From positions 1 to 64,000 of the forward strand of contig NMRA01000492.1 of the NCBI GenBank assembly GCA_002633005.1: a DNA stretch of 64,000 bases, given 5' to 3'. This document shows positions 38,901-50,900 of this stretch, piece after piece; the first letter of the stretch is position 1; each line of letters opens with the position of its first letter. A program made the translations under genes and the position numbers. Origin of the DNA: Phoronis australis (lineage: Eukaryota; Animalia; Phoronida). A model generated the notes under the pieces. The model did not search any database and was not told the DNA's origin. It saw nothing but the letters and a program-made list of their open reading frames with translations.

Positions 38901-41900
38901 ATCGTTCCAGAGGTCGAGGTGATGTAGTCTCCGGTTTGTCTTTACCTCTCTAGTTCCCGATGCATTTAGTGTGTTGAGTATTTACTGCAACCTCTTTCAC
39001 CCAACGACACTTCAAAATTGTCATTTTCTATCCTTTGGCGAATGAGTTATCTTTTTGTCTCCTGTAGTACCCTCCCTGATGATACATCCCGAATACCAGT
39101 AACCAACACCCCGCCAACCGCACTAGCAGGATATGACTTCCCTTCTCGTGTGATATCGACTGGCGTGAGATCGAGAACCCCAACGGATCAGAACAAGTAG
39201 TATAAACATTTCGAGAGGCTATACTCCCTACTCCTTAGTACTTTGCTTAAAGTGCAGTGTCATTTGGTTTGAAATTATCGTCACTTTGTTGGTGGGTCTA
39301 AATAGAAACAAGGAATTCAGGTGTTTATAGCAAGTAAAAATCGCTACCAACTCAAACACCGAAATTATCGAGGGCGGCAAGGCGACATGGTTTCGTACCT
39401 CTTGATTTGGAAACATTTTCTTTGAATTTACATTGATAGGGTTTGAACCCATGTGACATGGGCGCACATGACTGCAGCATTTGTCCAAATTCTAAATGGG
39501 TATGAACCAATGCCCTGTTAAAGTGCGCACGTTTGCCCGCTTTTCATGGACTGACAGATTATTGTTCACTGTCTCTAATCACGGACAGTTTAAGAAGGAA
39601 AATTACGACCATAACCGGCGTGGACAGCTTCACGATTCACGAAGAGCCACAATGTCCGATCGCTGTTCAAGAACGGCAAAATGTCATTTCACCGCTCGCG
39701 AAAATGTCCTTCATCCCTCATTAACATATCCGTTCCAGGACATACAATGCTTTGTAAAATCGTACAAGTAGCGCAACAAGTGAGGTATAGTGTTAATAAT
39801 TAGCAGCTGATGCAAAATTAAGACTTCTGCTGTCTTTAAGGGGCGGTTTATCAAAAGACTCCCGTGTTATTTTCAAAAATATTCTGTCACCTCTCCGACA
39901 ATTCTTCCTCGCTTCAATAGTGCAATGCATGTTTTTCCGTCGTCTCCAAGCACCTGAAATGATAAGCAGAAAAGTACAGGGCGTCCATCAAACTTACGGT
40001 ACACAATCTAAATAAAGATACCTAGAAAAGACGATGATGTATTTAAAAGGTTCTTGGTGGCAGCATGGCCATGGTGTTGGAGTTTTCACACACGTGGAGT
40101 TGGAAAATAACAGTCTTCAAACGGACGCCAATATATTGCTAAACTTGAAATGAGGCGATTCGGGAAATGGCGTTCTTTATATCTCAGGTTCATCTTAGCC
40201 CCATGTAGATCCAGAAAGTTGACCTAGTGTTGAAATATTGAAGCACCACCTCCCGAACCACCACATTTCACTGTCTGGGGATGGTGCCTGACCCCCTAGC
40301 TTGTCTGTCCCGATTCCACTCGATCACTTTTTAGGGGTATACTTAAAAGAACGAGAGTACGTAGAATAACGCCAAACAACATCTGAGCCCGCGACCTGTA
40401 TATGTTACCTAGTCCCTTAAAGTACTGAACAATTAAAACATACCAAGGCTGAGTAATTTATCGTGTTGTGGAGATCACCATTTACTTGAAAAAGATACCT
40501 TATGTGTACCGTAACGCAATTTCGTCCCGACAGACCGTTCCTATTCGCCAGAACACAAACTCGGGACGGTCGAGTTTACTTTTTCAAGTGTATAAAAACA
40601 GTTGTTGGTACAGAGCTCAACCGTCATCTTCATTTGGTCTCATATTGTACTCAACGGTTTTGTCCCTTAACCAGGAACATCTGAAGGTGTCGGAAAAAGG
40701 GAAGCGAGTTAAAAAGATTTTCAACAAAACAAAGAGGAATATGCTAGACGCCATGATTCGGAATTGTTCCTATTATATTTTGGAATTGGAGAGCGAGTTT
40801 ACAACTTTGAGTTTGTCTATGTTCAAAATCATCCGTGATCGTGACATCCAGAACGCTGTAATTCGACATCTCCATTCTGTTCGATAACGAGAGTCCACCA
40901 CCATAAAATCCAAACGACGTGATAAGCCGAGACGCTTTCAAGCATACCAGAAGCTTCAACAACATGTCTCGCAACATCACACGTTCAAGGATCGTTGGAT
41001 CGTCACTATAGTCGGACCGCACGTTGTCACCGGCAGAAGAGCAGGATCTGGAAAGTGGCCTCAACTTAGCAGTCGTCCCGAAAAACCTGATCAAGAAACA
41101 CGTCACCAACAACAAACATGTGTGCCGTCAGGTGGTGTTCTACTGCTTCCAAAAAGCTGATACCATCCGCTCCGATGTTACTAAGGTCCTCAAGAACCAT
41201 AAACGTCCCGTTCCGAACATCACCAAGGACGAATACAAAGCCCTTACATCACTTAAAAGTGACAAGTCTATTAACATACTCGCTGCAGATAAAGGTGGGA
41301 CTGCTGTTGTTATCAATAAAGTTGGCTATCAGCAGAAAGTTCACACACTGCTGGATAATTGCAATAGTTATCAGTCACCGAGGTCCATTCCTACATCCAA
41401 GTTTTAGAACAAGTTTATCAGTTTTCTAAGAGAGTGGCAACGTACGGATCCTATACCCAAACATCTGTATGCCCGCTTGTACCCTACGTCCTGCGAAGTG
41501 CCTAAGCTGTGTCGTCTACCTAAGGTGCTCCCCTAAGGCCTATCGTCACCTGTATTCGCAATATCCCTTATAACGCTGCTAGAGTTTTGATGAACATTTT
41601 TACACCATTGGTGGGTTTGTCTCCTAATCATATCCGCAACAGCGAAGACTTCATCGACAGAATCAATGACCTCGAGATACCCCCAGGACATAAGATGCTA
41701 TCCTACGATGTATCTGCTCTGTTCTCTAGAGTTCCCACGGACAAAGAAGTCGCGGTTATCAAGTCTCGGTTAGAGACCGACATGGATCTCAGTAATCGCA
41801 CTCAACTCTCGGAGTTATGCTTGAATGCTATTTATTTTGTCCATGACAGTCAGTGCTACCATCAGATCCGAGGAGTGCTCATGGGGCCTTCCATCTCAGC

Positions 41901-44900
41901 CATCGTCGCCAACATCTTCATGGAAGATTTTGAGGTTCGTGTTAACGCGAAAATTCCAAGTCTTCCGTGACACTGTAGTCGTTGTGTTGAGGACACATTT
42001 CTAGTCATCCACGGAACTGCTATTGGTGAAGTCACCGAGCACCTCAACAGTCTAAATCCATATATCCAACTTACTCGGGAACTCGGACAAGATGGCACCC
42101 TCCCCATCCTCGACACTCTCATCCGACTACACGATGATGGTTCCATCTCGACTTCCGTTTGCTGCAAGCCTATGCACACTGATCATTATCTCATCTTCGC
42201 ATCGAATAACCATCTGTCTCACTAACGATCAGTGTATAGTATGGACTCTACTCAACAGAGCCGAAAAACTCATTTCTGATGACAACAAAGGAGAAGCTGA
42301 GGTCCATCATGTGAAACGAGCATTGCGTGTCAACGGATATCGTGACTGGATGTTCGATGTAACAAGGAATACAAGTTCACAGACCTAGTCTTAAACAGAG
42401 ATCGGAAATTGATCTACCTGAAATGTATTCAGATGTGTTAGGGGATTCCCACAGACATTAAGGAATCTCCGGTACTGTTTTTATCTTTTTATTCTACAAA
42501 GAACGGGGGCGCACCAGGTACTGAGTAAAGACCGCGGAGACTATCCACCTGAAGACAGGACTGGCACCAATGACATCAGAGCGTTCAAGGGTAACATTTT
42601 AATTACAACCAGGTCTAATTAACAGCATTGATACCAACTTTGGGATGGACTTCGTGAAAAGGTGACCTAAATGTAAATTCCAAAGTGCTATTTTTTATGG
42701 ATAACGCAGTGTCAGTTGGCTTGACAATTGAGCATAGCTGTTTCATATGAGTGTAAGATGAGTTCGTGAATATGTTGCGAAGGTTTTCGATAATTCACCT
42801 AAGTATAAGTTTCGACAAAAAAGGTTCTAACAAGCCTTACTTTCGTGTCCACAAACCCAAAATGCCTTTGAATTAATCCATTTACCAAACCAATACATGA
42901 GATGGCGGATGAAACCGCGGACACGTGTATAACCATAACCCATGATATCTCAAAAATTATTTAGTCCGCCACTTGTCGCAAATCAATATCCTCGAGTTTA
43001 AAGATGGCCAGTTATTTCAAACAGCATTTTACGTTGCCAAACCCTTACCTCGATCATTCCCTTGTGTATGTATATCATCTGATGACTTATATCGCCGGCT
43101 GTTGTGATCACCTGACCAGGTAAAAATGACACGTGTTTCATTTTCAACGAGATCATGCGCAATGGACCCTTTCCGACATTTGCAAATATGGATGCCTGAA
43201 AATTATTATTTGGCAGTTTTAAGAAAATGTTGACTTGTTACAACATGGACCACGTAAGTAGCTGTAGTCCTATATCATGCTGTGGTCATGTTAGAGAAAA
43301 CCATAGTATAGGAGGAAAAAGAAAATTCCCATAATATATGCCAATAGTAATACATTTATGATGTATCACTGTTGCGATTTGTTTTGTATTATGCCTCATT
43401 TGAATACGAATCACCCTGACTAAAGTGAGGATTGCGTTGAAATGCGAATACGGTGGAACATTGGTGACGTACTATGCTTTGCTTCAAATTTAAACGTGAC
43501 TTGAAGCTTGTGTCAGCCAGGCCACTCAGCCAACACCTATAAATGTTGGCATGGCCATTTCAGCATTCCAGGGGTAGTTAGAAAATATTAATGAAAGTGC
43601 TCTGATGCTTCAAATCTTGCAAAATAGACAGAAAAAATAAGTATGACGACGAAGAAAGCGACAACATAGACGATGACAATCACGACACCAACGACGACCT
43701 TTAAGTCCAGGACGTCTTCGCGTACACAGTCAACAACACTGATAATGCGGCCAGTAACACCAACAGTAGTAGTTCAGCCGCCTCCAACACAATGACAGTG
43801 CTGACGCACCTAAAAAATTCTCATCAAAGTCGCAAGTTTTTACGTCAGTGACGTGCGACTACAGCAGAAATCGATAGTACCAACAGTGGCAACGCCATTG
43901 AGCTCTGTCATAACGTAAGACCCAAATGACACCAATTAGGCCAACACTAACGACGACAATTAGAATGACAATAGCATCATTGTCGTCGTTGCCAACGTCA
44001 CCATTATGCCCATAACTAGAAAATTTCAAAGAACTGGCACTCGTAGTTGGCAATTGGCACTATTCGTGTACCACTTGGCGATATTTATCTACTAGCCAAG
44101 GTTCAAAAAGATATGCCTACGGAAGCCGGAGTACTATGGCTACGCAAAAAGAAAGTGCCCGATTAAAAAATTATTGTAAAAAGTCGCATGACGCGTGTAA
44201 ATTTCAAGTCAATCGTATGCAAACGACAGAAACGTCTAGAACCGCGAGATGTCTACTACATACGCGCCAACGTATCAGCGGCGAACTCTGGTAATCTGTA
44301 AATCTCAACTATCTTGAGAACGACAGGTCGCATCGAGAAACGAATGCCACGCCTCGCGTAAGTCTGGGCAAGGTATCTTCACATAATAACTTACAAAAAG
44401 TCAGTCAAAAGACACCACATATGTAGCACAAGAAACCGAATAATAACTGAGGAGTCGTCTGAAAATCCCGAATACCTCAAAAACGATATCCCGACAATCA
44501 CATTACAAATTTCATAAAGATCCACCAAAGAAAGCCGGAGATACAGCGAGAGAAATCAATCAGTAAAAGAGCAGTCTTCAGACAAACTCGAATAACTCGA
44601 GAACGGATAATGGTAGTGAGAAACAGTTGACGACCACCACATAGGTTTTGATGAGGTCTATTCTACGCATCAAATTTCATAAGAACAAGTCGAGGAACCA
44701 CCGAGTTAAAGCCACGCAAAGCAAAAGTTCGAAAATGGCAGCGTTGCCAACAGTGGGCCTTAAGCCTGTGATGATTCACGTCAGTGCAATCTGAAAATTA
44801 TGTGTCCGTCAAACAAGAAATGCTACAGGCGGCTTGCGCACAAACAAAGTTCACGTCGGAGCAGCATTCTTGCCGTAATTTCAGCTTGCATAAAATGTAA

Positions 44901-47900
44901 CGCCAAGCTCTGCAGAGAAAAATGGGATGAGCGTAGACAAATCAACATAGCAATTACTCAAAACATTGTAGAATTTAAACATGTTCGTCAACATAGTTCA
45001 TGCCTAATTTGATGTGTTAACAAAACTGGAGTTTTAGGGCCGAGTTTAATTTGGACAAATTAAAAACGCTCACTGTTTACCAACAGGCGTAGACGCTGGT
45101 GTAATGCAAATGTTAGAACGTTTATAAAACGCTCTGTAAGATCAGAGAGTAGGACGCAAACAATTTGCGGTGACATCTGGCGGGCTTACCGAAAACCAGG
45201 AAATTGGAATCTTCGTTAGAGGAATCTAACCACTCTGATTACCTTAGCAAGCACCTTGTGATTAAGCTGCAGAGATGTAGCCCTTTGCAGTGGCGGGGGA
45301 AGTCCCTCAAACAGCCGATCCTTGTTTGCCCCTCTATAGCGGACCCACATATACTTGTAGTAGCCAACAACCAGCAGCCGTAGTTCATCAGTAATGTCCA
45401 TTTCATCCTAAGGAGTCAAAATACAAACGAACATTAACTTTTTCTTTCACTATCGCCACGATATAGTATGTTCTTGTTATCATTCGCTGGGTAGATAGTC
45501 TGCATTCTAGTCACGTCATCCTATAAAACAAATAAGTATAGACTAGCAAATTTGGTGCAAAATGTGGACCAGGCAGTTTTGTGTTAGTAAGCTGGACATT
45601 AAAAGGACGCAATCGGTTTAAAGGCTGCAGAAAATGCATTTTTGGGTTATTTCTAGTTGGGATTGACTTCTTGACATTATCAACTTTGTCCAGTTTTGAT
45701 ACATCAAAAATGCTATATTTTGTGATTTTATTATCAATCAACGATTCCTAGCTAAGGTTTCCTGTCAAAGCTAACGCAAAGTGAGCCAGTTGGCTCATCA
45801 CTTGTTTCGGTGCTGGGCGATGCGAAAAGTGCCGACGCTTGCTGTGCGTAGGGCAAATTAAAGTTGGCGTGAAGGATGCTGTGTGTGTTGCAGAGTAAAT
45901 CCTTGAGTTAGACAGCTCACCTGTGTATCAGCCTCGGTGATGCTGCACAAAAGAATGTCCGTCGCAGTGACCGGATTGACGACAACATTTGAAAACAGCT
46001 CGGCGTCTTCTAAACTTACTAAACGGGAAATGATTGAACTGTCCCCAGACATATCATTCTTGCATTGACAAGTAAACAGTTTCACAAACCCACCACATGG
46101 GCGGCGCATAGGGGGCTGGGAGGGGGCTATAGCCCCACTTTTTTCAGTGCTGCGCCGTCCATGGTCTATGGGCGGTGCATTACAGGGCGGCTGGGGGGGG
46201 CGTTAGCCCCTCACTTTTTTCAGTGTTGCGCCGCACAAGTTTTACAGGTCTGACCACACATCACATTCGACCAATCCGGAACTCCGACATTATGTTGCAA
46301 TGTTCCCAAAGGAGGCGTCACACTCTCTCAGTATACAACTCGGCTTCCAGTTGTGAAAAATGCCGGGTTTTGCAATAGATCAGATATTGTTCATTGAGCA
46401 CATACAGAGAAGGAGGCCCAAGTACTATGGTCCGACTCAACACTTCCAAAGTTCAACTACTTCATGCCAACCATGTACACGGTCTTTAATACTCTTAATG
46501 ACAGAAACCAAAGGTAAGGGACGTGCCTTCCAACTGCTGCAGCTAAAAGCATTCAATTAAAAGTCGATTTTGATGTCAACTGTTGACTAAACTTTGAAAA
46601 ATGGGTAGCCATCTTACCATTATGGCCTTCACATTGTTCAAGCGGCTGATGAAGCCCGCCCTCTGTTTGTCCAAGTTGGTGACGATTGATGTCAGGCCTC
46701 CCACAAGCATTCCGTAGAATAGTAGAGTGCCGCAGAGCATAACGACAGAGGCCAGCACAACCTCACTAATGGTTACGCTGTATATGTCACCGTACCTGCC
46801 GATACACCAGCAAAGTTAATGATGAAAAATATGGTCGACTTCATAGTTAACAACCCCATTAGCCTACTGTTGTCGTTGTTGTGCTTCTTTTATACTGAAC
46901 TAAAGTTTAAACATGATATTAAAAACTACGTGCAGTTGGTGTTTGGTGTCCCCAAACATTAGCTAATGAACTTAGGTGTTCATTTTCTTACAGACTCTAA
47001 CAGCACATCATTGCGAAATGCTGTACCAGTGCCACCTTTGACTGTGCAATATTTAACTACAACGCTGTGTACAAGTAGAGCAGTATTATATGTTTCACTG
47101 TTGCACCGTAAAATGCAATGCAGATAATCAGAAATGCACAAGCCTGGGCCCGTGACAGCTAAACTTTATTCGAAACCTTAGGCCTACTCGAAAAGTGGCG
47201 AACAGCTGGCCACGCTTCGAGTATTTTTTGCAATTTCACGAGGGGTATTTGGTCAGTATTCGAGTCGGGTTTCGAGTAAAGTCTGTTGGGCACGGGCCAG
47301 AAAAAAGTCAGCACCGAACCGTTTAGTAGAATAACGTGTCGACGATTACGCCAGCACTATAATGTGTCATTCTACCTCCGCGAAAGAAAAGAGACAAATG
47401 CGAGTACAGATTAATGTTTTTTCCTAAACAATCTCTTAGCACTTAATAGAATATCAACGATTGCCTAAGAGGCGGTACTGAGTTGTGTTAATTCGAGAAC
47501 CGGCACTCTTTTAAGAGCAATTCCATATAAAAACCAGATAGTGGGCTACATATGCAAAATCACCATTTTTTTTTAACTTAGCCCATCAACTGGTCTTGTC
47601 GAAAGAAACCTGAGCCTGATTTTTTTAGAGTTTCTTATTTTTTTAACCCTTTTTACGACCACTTTGTACTTTTTCTGGAAAATAACAACTAAAAGTACTG
47701 GAAAATATGTGACTTTTTGTCAGCAACAACACATTATTGCTTCACGCTATTGCAAAAATAACTATAAAGTAGGAAGAAGAAAGAATAATATACAAGAAAA
47801 ACTAGTTCGGACGAATTTCTTGATTTTTATGTCCTCCCATTTTAGCCTACAAAAATGTCATTTTCACTGCTTATTATTAAGGCCATTTTTACGCATTTTT

Positions 47901-50900
47901 ATCGCTCTCCCAAATCTATATCGGATTCTTTTGAAACATGAGTAAACTTCCATCTGTTACTGCTGTCTTTGTTCAGCCCAAATCCAGAATAAAAAATCTT
48001 GTCTCTGTCATACATTTTGTTTACAGTCAGTTTTTTTTTATAACTCACACACTTTTCTGTCAATCTGTGACTGACAGTTAGATTAAAAGACTCTAGGAGG
48101 CGCTACTCGATTGTTCAATTATCTATCGACCAAGATGCCAAATAGAGCAAATATCATTCGTTTTGCTACATCAGTGACGAAGGAGATCATGAAAAGCTGT
48201 ATGAGAGATTTTTTCTTCGCGGATATTCAGATTTGCTGGTGCAAAAATAAAAATCTATTATAGGATTACAGAACTCAAAAAGTCAATTTTAATGTACTGA
48301 TGATTTAATAATACAACCCCCGTCACCATCTCATGTTTCAGAGAAGCAGGTTTTATTCTTATTAAGGGTGCCCATTACCCCTTGCTTGGTTAGTTTTCGA
48401 ACACCGTAATGGACTAAGAATCCCACCGACTGCGTACAGTGCATGCTGGTCCATTTTCAGACCTCCTGGACAAATCCCTGTATATGCACTTGAAAAAGTC
48501 TTCTCAAACTATTAGCAAAGTTCATACAAAAACTAATCAAGATCTTCGAGATCACAAGTGAAAAGAGGAAGGTGGATTTGAGCAGAAGTGTCATGTTATT
48601 GGACATACAAAGGGTCACGCAATGCTTCTTGTACTACGCAAAACCGGCCGAACATGGTGCCAGTGCGCCAATGGAATTTGTGATTTTAGAAAAATAACAG
48701 GTACGGATATTTCCGATTGAAAACATAATACTTTCAGTGATATCCAAGGTACCGGCTTTCCAAACCAGTATTTAAGGAACTGGGTGTTGTTGCGATTTAC
48801 AATTTCACAATATGTAAATTTCGTTCATGCGGCGGACTCAAAACCACAGTTTCTTGACGGTATGCGAGGTTTAGTGTATGATGCATTTCCACACAACAAT
48901 TCAAAAAAACTGCATTTTGTTTGATGAAAACAAGAGCTACTGAAACACAAAGTCCTTTTATTTTGCTCAGTACACATGTCTAAGATAGAAATTTCTCAAA
49001 ACTAGATAATTACTCCTTTAAAAATCTCAGTAGTTTCAATACATTTAGAATCAATCATGCAGCCCACCCAACGCGCTAACCGGATAGGCCTATCAGGGTT
49101 GTGTACCTGGGCAGTCAGTAAGTCGAAAGTTGTCAGCGAGAGCTTGTGCAATATTCTGAACTGAAGTCATGACCTGTTGACCCAGGCCAACAGTTGTGAT
49201 AAATACGTAACTTTTTAGCAATTGCACCAACAAGGACTAACAAATCAAACTAGCGAAAAATCCATTGCGACATCTGCGAAAGTCAACGACCCGTTCACTC
49301 TTTCGCTTCGTTCTAGCATTGCGTTCTGAATAACAGCACATCATTTTTGTCTAAAGCCAAGTTCAAACTCATGTCGATGTGTAAAACATGTATAATGGCG
49401 CATTTAGATTGGTTTGCAAGTTCAGCCTCCTCTCTCACAGCTCTGACAAGAATCAACTGTAATTCCGATATATTTTCAAACTTCAGTGGCACTTTGCACG
49501 ACCTCAGATGACTTCTGACGTCTTTAACACAGCTAATGAAGTTCACATTTCCTCCGCGATCACAGTATTGTAACGAAAATTGACCAAATGTGCAAGAAGG
49601 AAATTCCTCCATACTCTTTGCAGTGACAGGAAGTGCATGTAATCTCGAACCCTAAAGTGCTATTGGTAAAGTTAAACAAAGCATGGAGTGTTTCAGAAAA
49701 TTGGGGACTCAAAAGTGAAATTGAAATTTTTGTGATATTGCATTGTTGATACTAGACCATATATTTTAGGTGATATCTCTGAACTAAAAGAGTAGCCTCA
49801 ATTCTCTTGTCAGTCAGAGATCAGATTGTTTAGTCTATCTGAGGTCAGATTAAGGCCACTTAAAAAAAATATACAATAGACAATTTTTTAAAAACAATAA
49901 TAAAAGTTCAATCTTAAAAGTGTTTACACAGAGAATTTCAATTTCAAATATATTCCGATATAGCAGGCAGGTTAAGCAACATCTTGCCACTTGTGACTGG
50001 CCTGAAAAGTGGTCTAGGAGTTTTCTCCCCTGTTGGAAATTTAATTGTACCTATGAGTTGCAAATTTCACTTTCTTACTAACCTTACATTAGCCTTTATG
50101 ACCATCAGTATCAAATTTTGTCACCAGTTTTCCAAGTCTGATTTTTGTCGTTCAAATAATGCAGTTTTCCTGACATGAAAAAATGCAAAATATGCCTTTA
50201 TAGCCAAATAGGTCATATCTCGGTAACCAAAGGTCATTGAGTGCAAATATTGCTGCAGTGTACTTTGGATCCGCATCCCAACACAGGCACAAAATATTAG
50301 CTCTGTGTGAATTTTTGAGTATATAGTGATTTTTCATTTTCATATGGTTTTTATAAGGAATCATTCTTAAGACTGCACGTCAATGCCGTAAAATAGTTAC
50401 AAGGGCTCCTGCTGAAGGCAATTTATTTGTTAATGTCTCTTTGCTTATAGCAGTTAATCCAACTGTCAATATTACTTTGTTAAATGTTCATCAATTTATG
50501 TCCACGAACATTGTCTTGTCTGCCGTGTTGGTTTTACAATGTCCCTACATGTGCTTTGGCGGCGTTCGTGTATGAAACAAGACTTTTCACCAATTAAACG
50601 TTATATTCTTTGTTTTAAAGCAGTGGCAGATCAAGGATGTCGGAAGGAGGGGGCCAATCACACCTCGTCCTAATGGTGAATGCTTGTGTAAGTCCTTAAA
50701 ACGGCATGCTCAGTGCGCTTATTCTGGTCTTGTCCGTAGGGGACAGCCGTGTGCCCCTCCTCTTTCATTCTAAATCCGCCTAAGGAATGGTATACCGACA
50801 AAGTCTGCCGTTTCACTCACTGACTACGATGTTCCTCTAACGTGAGATTTAGTTTCGTTCGCATACCAAAAAGCTTTCTAGGATCTGTTATAGGAAAATA

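Noticed and set aside
38550-38901. RTCTV motif resembling a PBC
   Set aside because: No surrounding CNBD pattern; the true PBC exon is 32995-33109.
42540-42600. CTGAAGA hammerhead-like box after the second Penelope element
   Set aside because: No stem II or GAAA box could be identified.
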